Made by a program: the position numbers and the translations under genes. The notes under the pieces were generated by a model, which saw nothing but the letters and a program-made list of their open reading frames with translations, had not been told where the DNA came from and searched no databases. DNA of 40,405 nt from Gemmatimonadales bacterium (lineage in GTDB: Bacteria > Gemmatimonadota > Gemmatimonadetes > Palauibacterales > KS3-K002): positions 1-40,405 of the forward strand of contig JASFTI010000001.1 in assembly GCA_050053635.1 (NCBI GenBank). Direction: 5' to 3'. Positions 9,031 through 17,088 of the stretch are shown in pieces. Each line of letters starts with the position of its first letter. Within the stretch, counting starts at the first letter, position 1.

Positions 9031-9143
9031 GTCGGTACGTAGTCGGTGGTACGGTGATCAGTCGGTCTCAAGCCGCGCGGCCCGCACGGTGACCACGAAG
9101 GCCGACACCGACAACTGATCACCGACTACCGACTACCGGTCGG
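9031..9143. repeat. Composite palindromic (REP-like) intergenic element, copy A
   Basis: The left arm contains GTAGTCGGTGGT (9039-9050). The right arm contains the inverted CTACCGACTACCG (9126-9138). The centre contains GACCACGA (9091-9098). The same three words recur at 14536-14630. The element sits between convergent genes (MFP and sodA). Confidence 0.55.
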
Positions 9144-9755
9144 TCAGCGCGCAGCTGCGTAACGCCGTGCGACCTCGTCCCAGTTGATCGTGTTCCACCA
9201 GGCTTCGATGTATTCGGGACGCCGGTTCTGGTACTTCAGATAGTAGGCGTGCTCCCAGACGTCGACACCGAGAATCGGGGTGCGGCCCTCGAGGAGCGGG
9301 CTGTCCTGGTTCGGCGTGCTCTCGACCACCAGCTTTCCGCTCGCCTCTACCGACAGCCAACCCCAACCGCTGCCGAACCGGCCGGCCGCCGCATCGCTCA
9401 ACTGTCCCTTGAAGCCGGCGAAGTCACCGAACGCGTCCTTGATCGCCTTCTCGAGCTCGCCGCTCGCTTCACCACCGCCACTCGGGCTCATGATCGACCA
9501 GAACAACGTGTGGTTAGAGTGCCCGCCACCGTTGTTGCGGACCGCTGTCCGAATGTCCTCCGGCAACTCGCTCAGCTGAGCCAGCAGCTTCTCCACCGGC
9601 CAGTCGGCCAGCTGCGGGTGCTTCTCCAACGCCGCGTTCAGCTTGCTCACGTAGCCGGCGTGGTGCTTCCCGTGATGGATCTGCATCGTCTGCTCGTCGA
9701 TGTGCGGCTCCAAGGCGCTGAAATCGTACGGGAGTGAGGGAAGTTCGTGGGGCAT
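9144..9755 (-). CDS. sodA: Superoxide dismutase, Mn-type signature
   Basis: [40 protein letters not shown] and DVWEHAYY are all present. The start was moved to the ATG at 9755, which lies 6 nt after AGGAGG; the longer ORF to 9839 has no support. Confidence 0.9.
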   Translation of the reverse strand: MPHELPSLPYDFSALEPHIDEQTMQIHHGKHHAGYVSKLNAALEKHPQLADWPVEKLLAQLSELPEDIRTAVRNNGGGHSNHTLFWSIMSPSGGGEASGELEKAIKDAFGDFAGFKGQLSDAAAGRFGSGWGWLSVEASGKLVVESTPNQDSPLLEGRTPILGVDVWEHAYYLKYQNRRPEYIEAWWNTINWDEVARRYAAAR

Positions 9756-10041
9756 AACCATCCTCCTGCGGGAATGCAATCGTGTGCTGTCGTGGTTGTC
9801 GCGATTGTGGAATAAAGCAATGCGGGGGGGTCGGCGCAATGGTATTGAGTATCAATCTCACCAGGCCCCGCCCAACGGCGGCATCCTGGCTCGTCAGCTC
9901 CCCCCCCGTCCGGCGGCCTCGGCTCCCCATCGGCGGGCGACGCGGAGGGCCGGGCGAGCTTCCGAGGTTCAGCCAAAGCAGCTAGTATGAGCGTAGAGTC
10001 GTTCAGGCCCGTTGGCCGTCAGTGAACCGGAAGAGGGCACG

Positions 10042-10404
10042 ATGTTTCTTGGGCTCAGAACAGTTGTTTACGAGGTCGATGACCTCGAGAAGGCGAAGCA
10101 GTGGTACAGCCGGGTCCTGGGATTCGGGCCGTACTTCGATGAGCCGTTCTACGCGGGGTTCAACGTCGGTGGATTCGAGCTCGGGTTGCACCCGGCCGAG
10201 GAGGGAGCGACGCTGGGCGCCGGGGGCGCTCTCGCATACTGGGGGGTCGAGGACATCAAGGCCGTGCTGGCCAGGTTGGAAGAGCTGGGCGCGCCCGTGC
10301 ACGGCGAGATCCAGGATGTCGGCGAGGGGATTCTGGTGGCGTCGGTGATCGATCCCTTCGGTAACCTGCTGGGGATCATTCAGAACCCGCACTTCGGGAA
10401 GTAG
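10042..10404 (+). CDS. VOC/glyoxalase-family protein
   Basis: About 120 aa with a beta-alpha-beta-beta-beta style pattern (LRTVVYEVDDLEKAKQWY...; IDPFGNLLGII). The start is ambiguous between TTG 10012 and ATG 10042. Confidence 0.7.
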   Translation: MFLGLRTVVYEVDDLEKAKQWYSRVLGFGPYFDEPFYAGFNVGGFELGLHPAEEGATLGAGGALAYWGVEDIKAVLARLEELGAPVHGEIQDVGEGILVASVIDPFGNLLGIIQNPHFGK

Positions 10405-10429
10405 GGGGGTCATAGCTCCCTGCTACCCC

Positions 10430-11110
10430 CTACAGTCCCCACTCCCAATAGCCTGGCCCGATTCGAAGGTTGCGAAGCCAATCGGCGGGCCAGGAGTAGC
10501 GGAGGAGCACGGCGAGCCAGCCGTGTGAGAGCGCTAGCGCAAGCAGGTTCGGGTGGCGGTCGAAAAGTCGGCACCAGACGTAGCCCCCCAGCAGGGTCAC
10601 CAGCGCCAGCGGCCAGTTGGGCCAATGGGCCGAGGCAAAGAGTAGGCCGGTGAGCGCTGCCGCAGCGCCGGGATGTCCGGTACCCTGACGCAGCCGGCGG
10701 AACGTAAACGACTGCATCAAGTACTGCTGGACCAGCCCCCAGAACGGATATAGTAGGAACGCTGTTAGCATCGGGCTGGCGAAGTGAGGGCCGCCACTGA
10801 GCGTCCCGACCGCCAGGATCGCAAGCGCTCCGATCAGGGTTGCGATGCCGACCGCGCGGGCTGATTGCCTCAGGTTGTCGAGGCGCAAGCCGAGATCGGG
10901 CAGCCGGTCCCGGTGCCAGAAGTGGGAGGTGAGCGGGATCGCCGCGATGAGCACGAGAAACGGTATCCGCAGCCAGTCGTTGTCGGTAGGCTGGAGCACC
11001 CAGATATAGATCAGCACCAGGGTGATGAAGAGCAGGGGCTCGAGGACGGGCCGGGCGCTCGGTCTCTCGCGCAACGAGGCGGCGTTTGCGCTATTTTGGC
11101 TCGCTGCCAT
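10430..11110 (-). CDS. CPBP (CAAX protease/Abi)-like polytopic membrane protein with a degenerate catalytic motif
   Basis: Multi-TM protein with FASAH (FxxxH) and a later SHGW His. The position of the EExxxR motif reads QQYLMQ. Confidence 0.5.
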   Translation of the reverse strand: MAASQNSANAASLRERPSARPVLEPLLFITLVLIYIWVLQPTDNDWLRIPFLVLIAAIPLTSHFWHRDRLPDLGLRLDNLRQSARAVGIATLIGALAILAVGTLSGGPHFASPMLTAFLLYPFWGLVQQYLMQSFTFRRLRQGTGHPGAAAALTGLLFASAHWPNWPLALVTLLGGYVWCRLFDRHPNLLALALSHGWLAVLLRYSWPADWLRNLRIGPGYWEWGL

Positions 11111-11365
11111 CTAACGCTCCTCTAGCGGTCCGCGGCTGCGGCACAGCCCCATCAGGTCGACTGCGACACCGGCGGCCCACATACCCGATCGCCAGACCGC
11201 CCGTCCGGCGCATGATGCTGAAACCGCACCATTTACAGCGGCCGTGCCGCTAGCGCAACCGCAGGTCGGTCGCGGCCGGAAATTTGCGGTCTGCCCGGCG
11301 GCAAGCTATACATAGCCGTTGCACAGAAGATCACCACATCCTTTGAGACGGGGAGGTCTCCGCCT

Positions 11366-11902
11366 ATGGAGCGACGCGAGGCTGGCAGGGTAGGTTTTGG
11401 ACCGCAACCGTTCCCAGTCCAGGCAATGCCCCGCCCGCTGCGTTTCCGTGCAGAGGCGCAGCCGGGAGCGGACCCCATGCGTCGCCGCTGGCAGGCCATC
11501 TTCTCCTACGGCGAGGGGTGGTCGCGCTTCCACTTTGTCGTGAACCTGAACCGCAATACGCTGACCTTCCACCGCTCCCTCGACGTGGACTACACCGCCA
11601 TGCTGCGGGCGCTGGCCGGCAAGCCGCGCGGCTCGCTGACGCCGCTGCCGCCGCCCACGACCAAGGTCGAATCCCTCACCTTCGACACCGAGATCATCGG
11701 TCTACGAATGTCGCGCGTGGACGCGGGAGCGTTCAGAGCGGGTCCGGCAGGCGACTGGTTGGTCGTGCAGGCCTTCGTGCCACGTGGCTCGCAATCGTTC
11801 CTGTTGGGTGTGAACGACCGGCTGAACGCTGCTGAGATAGTGATTGCGAGGCCCGAGGCACTAACTCCGGTGGTCCACGCGCTCACCCAGGTCTTCGGCT
11901 AG
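11366..11902 (+). CDS. Hypothetical protein
   Basis: GGGGAGG lies 9 nt upstream of ATG 11366. The ORF is 178 aa and I recognise no motif. Confidence 0.45.
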   Translation: MERREAGRVGFGPQPFPVQAMPRPLRFRAEAQPGADPMRRRWQAIFSYGEGWSRFHFVVNLNRNTLTFHRSLDVDYTAMLRALAGKPRGSLTPLPPPTTKVESLTFDTEIIGLRMSRVDAGAFRAGPAGDWLVVQAFVPRGSQSFLLGVNDRLNAAEIVIARPEALTPVVHALTQVFG

Positions 11903-12033
11903 GCCCGGCTCGGCTCCGGGGTCTAGCGGGAACGCCGCCCGCGCTTAGATTACTGGCCCGCCAACATCTGACACTCGTAATCGGCTCCCGCCATCATGGT
12001 CGGTCGGCAGGTCCGGCCGGAGGGGACACGAGT

Positions 12034-13596
12034 ATGATTCAGCCGGAGGTCCAGGAGGTCGCTGGAGTCTTTAGGGGCGAACTACGCTGGATGTTCGGCC
12101 CATACCCCGCTCTGATCCCCGACAGCGGCTGGCCGTCGGTGGGGATCCTCGACGCGCTTTGCCGCGGCATGAGAGGTCGCAGCGTTCTCACAGAGAGCGA
12201 GAAGATCTTCGTCGCGGGCGCCTCAGCCCACCTGGGCGAGCTCGTGCACAGCTGCTGGTCCGCCTTCGCGCCCGACGTTCGGGTACAGCACGAGGACGGC
12301 ATCGTCTGCTCCGCGACTACCGGCGACGGCTTGTCGTACCGGCTACCGCTGGAGAACGCGATCCTCGCCACACTACGCGATCCCAAGCTCCCACAGCAAT
12401 TGCCGCCACACCTGCCGTTCTGCCCGGCGAGCGACAGGCACGCACTCGAGCTGTTCGGGCTCGCCGCCTGCTTGGGCATCAGTGCCTTCGGTCAGGGACC
12501 TTGGGCCGAGGGACAGGAGAACGGACTCTCCGAGCGCGTCGATGTTGTGCTGCCGCTCCTGGCTGGGCAATGTGCCGCTCACTACGCGACGCTGCACCCC
12601 GAGGAGCACCTCGGCCAGAGGTCGGATCTGTACCGCAGGCTGATCTGGCCGCTCACGCTGTGTGACGGCGAGCGCGCTTACGAGGAAGCGGGTGCCAACT
12701 TACTCGCCTATCTGGACGGGGCGCTGGCGGTGATTCGCGGCGCGCTTCCCCTGCTCAGGAACCTGGCGCGTTACCCGAGCGGAACCGTGAGAGGAGCGGC
12801 TCTCACCTGTATCGTTCTGGACGAGCGGGTACCGGTGTCGGGCGAGCTGTTGGAGATCGCGGCCGATCACTTCCAGGGCCGAGCTCCGGCGTTCCGAGAG
12901 GCGGCCATAGCGCTGGCTGCGGACCGAGGCCGCAACATCGACTGGCTCCACGGCGGTGCGAATCCGGAACCGCGTTTCCGCTACGAACGGCAGCTTTCGT
13001 TGCTACCGCTGGTACGACTGCCGTTCGAGATGTGTGTCGATCCGGCCAACCGGGAACTGGCGGACGCCCTGGTGACGATGGAGGCGGCGGATGCGGCGGC
13101 GACCCTCGAGCAGCGGTTAGCGACGGGCGACCGACACCCGAAGCTGCTGTTCCAGCAGGCCATTCTGAAGCGGTGGTTGGGCGACATCGAGGAGGCGGAA
13201 TCTGTGCTGGAGGAGATCGTGCGCGATCACCCCGAAGGGTTGGATGCCGACTTCTATCTGGAAGCGGGAGTCAGTGCTCTGGCGCTGGGCCATCTCGATG
13301 ACGCCATCACGCGGTTGGAGCGGGCATTGGCACTGGGCGAAAAGCGCTTCCAGGTCGCATCGATTCTGGGCCATGCCTACGCCCAGGCCGGCCGCCGCGA
13401 GGAGGCGGTCGCCGCATTCGGCGAGGCGATCTCCAGAGGCCACCTCCCCTCCGACGTCCTCGTCAGCCGCGCCGATGTTCAGCGCGAGATGGGGCAGCAG
13501 GAGGGCTACTCGCGGGACCTGGCGGCGGCGGCGGCCGTCTACCCCTTCAACCCGCGCGTCGTCGAGCGTGTGATGGCCGGCTACGTCGAAGCCTGA
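12034..13596 (+). CDS. Hypothetical protein with C-terminal TPR repeats
   Basis: GGAGGGG lies 8 nt upstream of the ATG. The C-terminal ~150 aa show TPR-like A/L/G/Y periodicity (YLEAGVSALALGHLDDAITRLERAL; LGHAYAQAGRREEAVAAFGEAI). Confidence 0.6.
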   Translation: MIQPEVQEVAGVFRGELRWMFGPYPALIPDSGWPSVGILDALCRGMRGRSVLTESEKIFVAGASAHLGELVHSCWSAFAPDVRVQHEDGIVCSATTGDGLSYRLPLENAILATLRDPKLPQQLPPHLPFCPASDRHALELFGLAACLGISAFGQGPWAEGQENGLSERVDVVLPLLAGQCAAHYATLHPEEHLGQRSDLYRRLIWPLTLCDGERAYEEAGANLLAYLDGALAVIRGALPLLRNLARYPSGTVRGAALTCIVLDERVPVSGELLEIAADHFQGRAPAFREAAIALAADRGRNIDWLHGGANPEPRFRYERQLSLLPLVRLPFEMCVDPANRELADALVTMEAADAAATLEQRLATGDRHPKLLFQQAILKRWLGDIEEAESVLEEIVRDHPEGLDADFYLEAGVSALALGHLDDAITRLERALALGEKRFQVASILGHAYAQAGRREEAVAAFGEAISRGHLPSDVLVSRADVQREMGQQEGYSRDLAAAAAVYPFNPRVVERVMAGYVEA

Positions 13597-13611
13597 CCCG
13601 GCCCCTCGCCT

Positions 13612-13830
13612 TCAAGGCCGCCAGCGGCCGGCCTTGTGCCCCGCCTTCATGACCCTCGAGACCACAACGGCGAAGCTGGGTCCGAGCGTCGCGGTCGCCT
13701 CCTCCAAGCTATCGAACGCGAGCTCACGCGATACGTAGCTACCGCCCTCGCCGTAGGTAGCGACCACGTCCAGACCGCCGTCGTCGCGGACCTCCCATCT
13801 GGCCCAGATCGGCTTACCTTCTGTCGCCAA
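13612..13830 (-). CDS. Small hypothetical protein (72 aa)
   Basis: TTG start preceded by GAGGAGG with a 5-nt spacer. It competes with an unsupported N-terminal extension of the opposite-strand ORF. Confidence 0.35.
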   Translation of the reverse strand: MATEGKPIWARWEVRDDGGLDVVATYGEGGSYVSRELAFDSLEEATATLGPSFAVVVSRVMKAGHKAGRWRP

Positions 13831-14001
13831 GGTCCCCTCCTCAGCCGGAGCCGTCGACTCGACAGGTTAGGGCGAGCGGTTCGTCCGGTCCAGACGCCGC
13901 CGTTGCCTGTCCGGCGAAGCGTCACTATGCTAGAAAGGTCAACCCACAGCCGAACTGGTGAGATAGGCGTAAAGCAGCTCACATCAAGCAGGAGGGGAGT
14001 C

Positions 14002-14535
14002 ATGAAGATCTCCAAACTCGCCCTGGTTATGGCGGTCATTCCGTTCCTGGGCCTTGCGGCCTGCGCCGAGCAGGCCGGCGAGGAAGCGGGCCAGACCATG
14101 GAGATGGCGATGACCGCAGACCTGGAAGCGGTCGCGGAAGCCTTCGCCGCGGTGCGAGCGGAGTACAAGCGGGCGTTTGAGGCCGGCGACGCCGCCGCGC
14201 TCGCAGCCTTGTATGCCGAGGACGCGAAGCGCATGCCACCGGATGCCGAGGTTCAGAATGGGCGGGCGGCGATAGAGCAGGGTTTCACCGCGAGCTTGGC
14301 GGAAACCACCAGCCGGGAGATTACGATCACCGAGACCGATATGGGTGCCAGCGGCAACCTCGCCTATAGCATCGGCACCTATAGCGTGACCTATCAGGCG
14401 GAGGGTATGGCCGAGCCGGTCACGGACGGCGGTGAGTATCTCGCGGTCTCCAGGCAGGCCGCCGATGGCAGCTGGGAGCTCTTGGCTCACATGTGGACGA
14501 GCAGCCTGATGGAAGCGCAGACGGGTGAGATGTAA
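14002..14535 (+). CDS. SnoaL-like / DUF4440 (NTF2-fold) lipoprotein
   Basis: AGGAGGGG lies upstream of ATG 14002. Lipoprotein signal MKISKLALVMAVIPFLGLAAC. NTF2-like pattern: AFEAGDAAALAALYAEDA...GRAAIEQ...DGSWELLAHMW. Confidence 0.7.
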   Translation: MKISKLALVMAVIPFLGLAACAEQAGEEAGQTMEMAMTADLEAVAEAFAAVRAEYKRAFEAGDAAALAALYAEDAKRMPPDAEVQNGRAAIEQGFTASLAETTSREITITETDMGASGNLAYSIGTYSVTYQAEGMAEPVTDGGEYLAVSRQAADGSWELLAHMWTSSLMEAQTGEM

Positions 14536-14630
14536 TCGGTTGTCAGTGATCGGTGGTCAGTAGTCGGTGGTCAGTAGCTCCGTGGTGCGACCACGACCTT
14601 ACTGCCTACCGACTACCGACCACTGACTAC
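14536..14630. repeat. Composite palindromic (REP-like) intergenic element, copy B
   Basis: Three tandem 14-mers TCGGTGGTCAGTAG occupy 14536-14549 (degenerate), 14550-14563 and 14564-14577. A central hairpin CGTGGT-gcg-ACCACG follows, then an inverted arm with CTACCGACTACCG (14606-14618). The element lies between convergent genes (the lipoprotein gene and hisA). Confidence 0.55.
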
Positions 14631-14663
14631 TTTAGCGAGCCCTCGCCACCTTTCGAAGGACAA

Positions 14664-15383
14664 CTAGATAGCGCGGCCGGCTTCGATTGCCTCAGGGAGC
14701 AGCAGCATCCCCCCGTACAGAGCCGTACCGATGATACACCCGGCAGCCCCCGTTCGCCGGATCGTCATAACATCATCGACCGTTGCCACACCGCCGCCGA
14801 CGATCACCAGGAAACCGGCGGAGATCATTCGCCGAGCCAGGTCGAGGCTGGGACCTATCAGAGTGCCGTCGCGCATCACGTCAGTACAGACGAGCCAGCG
14901 CAGGCCGATCGTGTCCAGGTTGGTGAGAACCTCTTCCAGATGCGGCGTCGCCTCCATGTCGCGGCCCTGAATTACCAGACGTCCGTCTCGCAGGTCCAAA
15001 CCGGCCGCCACCTGGTCGGGCCCGAAGTGCTCCAGCAGTTTATACAGGAGCCGCGGCTCCTCCACCGCAGCGGTACCCAGGACGATCCGGTCGATCCCGG
15101 CCTCCAGCAACCGGTTGGCTAGCGAGAACGTTCGTACGCCCCCGCCGACCTGTATGCGTACCTCCACGCGCTCGCGGATACGGTAGATCGCTTCGAGGTT
15201 CTTCGCCTTGCCGAGACGCGCGCCATCCAGGTCGACGACGTGCAGCGCTTCGGCGCCCCGGTCGACCCAACCTCGTGCCACGGAGACCGGATCGTCGGAG
15301 TGCACGATCGCCTCGTCGAACCGGCCCTGCCGCAGCAGCACGCACCGGCCTTCCAAGAGATCGATTGCCGGGTAGATCAGCAT
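14664..15383 (-). CDS. hisA: 1-(5-phosphoribosyl)-5-[(5-phosphoribosylamino)methylideneamino]imidazole-4-carboxamide isomerase
   Basis: MLIYPAIDLLEGRCVLLRQG, HVVDLDGA, QVGGGVR, CTDVMRDGTL and GGGV are characteristic of HisA. No other his genes are adjacent. Confidence 0.85.
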   Translation of the reverse strand: MLIYPAIDLLEGRCVLLRQGRFDEAIVHSDDPVSVARGWVDRGAEALHVVDLDGARLGKAKNLEAIYRIRERVEVRIQVGGGVRTFSLANRLLEAGIDRIVLGTAAVEEPRLLYKLLEHFGPDQVAAGLDLRDGRLVIQGRDMEATPHLEEVLTNLDTIGLRWLVCTDVMRDGTLIGPSLDLARRMISAGFLVIVGGGVATVDDVMTIRRTGAAGCIIGTALYGGMLLLPEAIEAGRAI

Positions 15384-15569
15384 TACGGTTGGCAGACTCC
15401 TAAATGGAAACGCCCATCCCGGTGGAATGGACGGTGAGTCGGCGTTTGGCCTTGCGCAATGATACCCGAGGACGCCCTACTGTCAAGCAGGGCTAGCCAC
15501 TTTCGGCGGCCCTCGCGCCACACGTAGTTTCGCTTCGGAGCCTACGGCCAGGCGCAACAAGAGGGTGCG

Positions 15570-16241
15570 ATGAACGAGAAAGCCGATCGGTCGAACGGGC
15601 CGCTGCTGCGTACGGAGCGATTAACCCGCGTGGTCGAGGGGCGGGCCGTGGTCGATCAGGTCTCGATCGAGGTCCGGCGCGGCGAAGTCGTTGCTGTTAC
15701 TGGACCTAGCGGATCGGGGAAATCCTCGCTGCTGCGCCTGCTCAACCGGCTCGACGAGCCGACGGGCGGTGGCGTCTATCTGGATGGCCGCGACTACCGC
15801 GACATACCCCCCCGTGATCTTCGCCGCCGGCTGGGGATGCTCTTACAGCGGCCGTTTCTCTTCCCGGGCACCGTGGCCGGAAACCTCGCATTCGGACCGG
15901 CGGCGCACGACGAGCAACTGGCGGAAGAAACGGTTGCGGAACTGCTGGATAGTGTCGGGCTGCCCGGCTATGCCGAGCGCGATGTGCGGCGACTGTCCGG
16001 CGGCGAAGCGCAGCGTGTTTCGCTGGCGCGCACGCTGGCCAACCGCCCGGAAACCTTGCTGCTCGATGAGCCGACGACGGCGTTGGACGAGGCTGCCCAG
16101 CTCGGCGTCGAAGAGTTGATCTGCCGCATCATCAATACCCAGGGGCTGACGTGCGTGATCGTGACGCACGATCGTGATCAGGCGATGCGGATGGCAGGGC
16201 GCACGATTCTGCTGCAGGCCGGCCGAGTTGTGACCGGCTGA
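15570..16241 (+). CDS. fetA: ABC transporter ATP-binding protein, FetA/YbbL-like
   Basis: Walker A GPSGSGKSS, signature LSGGEAQR, Walker B LLLDEPT. The gene is small (223 aa) and paired with a UPF0014-type permease. Confidence 0.65.
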   Translation: MNEKADRSNGPLLRTERLTRVVEGRAVVDQVSIEVRRGEVVAVTGPSGSGKSSLLRLLNRLDEPTGGGVYLDGRDYRDIPPRDLRRRLGMLLQRPFLFPGTVAGNLAFGPAAHDEQLAEETVAELLDSVGLPGYAERDVRRLSGGEAQRVSLARTLANRPETLLLDEPTTALDEAAQLGVEELICRIINTQGLTCVIVTHDRDQAMRMAGRTILLQAGRVVTG

Positions 16242-16262
16242 CCGATATCACGGAGCTTTCGA

Positions 16263-17039
16263 ATGCTGTCAGGATTCTTCAGCGACACGTTGCAGCTGGG
16301 AATCGCGCAGGCGGTGATCAGTGCGCTGCTGGCGCTGGCCGTCGTCTATGTCGCGCGTCGTAACGACATCCACCTGGAGCGCGAGACCGCCGTAGCCCTG
16401 TTGCGCGGATTCGTTCAGATCGTCGCGGTGGGATCGATTCTGGTCCTCGTGTTTCGCGGCCCGTCATGGACAAGTGTGATCGTTCTACTCTTCATGATGC
16501 TCGCCGCCGCGGCCACTGCAGCGCGCCGGGCGCTCGGTATTTCGGGCGCGTTCGTCGTTTCATTCTATGCCATCGCCGGCGGCGCCGGCGTCGTGATCGC
16601 TCTGATGACCGCGCTGGGTGTCATCGACCAGCGAATGGCGTCGCTTATCCCGGTTGGCAGCATGATTATCGCGTCCGCGATGAATTCGGTCGCCCTCGCA
16701 CTCGAGCGCTTCCGCTCCGAACTGACGGCGAGCGTAGGGCTCATCGAGGCGGGCCTGGCGTTGGGGGCGGCACCGAACCGAGTGGTAGCGCCGCACGTCG
16801 AGGCAGCCGTCCGGGCCGCCATGATCCCGCGAATCGATACCCTCAGAGCCCTGGGCATCGTCTGGATACCCGGCCTGATGGCCGGAATGCTCCTGGCCGG
16901 CAGCGATCCCGTCTACGCCGCGATCTACCAGTTCGTCGTGGTTGCCATGATCGTTGCGGCGTCGGGGCTCGCCTCGGTGATCTCTACCCTGCTGATCCGG
17001 GGTCGCGCTTTCTCAACGGCCGAGCAACTGGTGATCTAG
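16263..17039 (+). CDS. fetB: ABC exporter permease, FetB/YbbM (UPF0014)-like
   Basis: 258-aa polytopic protein immediately downstream of the ATPase. Its size and N-terminal pattern (...RGFVQIVAVGSIL...) fit the YbbM family. Confidence 0.65.
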   Translation: MLSGFFSDTLQLGIAQAVISALLALAVVYVARRNDIHLERETAVALLRGFVQIVAVGSILVLVFRGPSWTSVIVLLFMMLAAAATAARRALGISGAFVVSFYAIAGGAGVVIALMTALGVIDQRMASLIPVGSMIIASAMNSVALALERFRSELTASVGLIEAGLALGAAPNRVVAPHVEAAVRAAMIPRIDTLRALGIVWIPGLMAGMLLAGSDPVYAAIYQFVVVAMIVAASGLASVISTLLIRGRAFSTAEQLVI

Positions 17040-17088
17040 GGATTCGGGGATTCGGAAAAGTTTACTGACCAGCTACGGAGGTCGTGAA

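Noticed and set aside
13636..14001. N-terminal 122 codons of the tracked 299-aa ORF 13636-14535
   Set aside because: An internal ATG at 14002 has AGGAGGGG upstream and starts a perfect lipoprotein signal. The extension is Arg/Pro-rich and overlaps the better-supported minus-strand small ORF.
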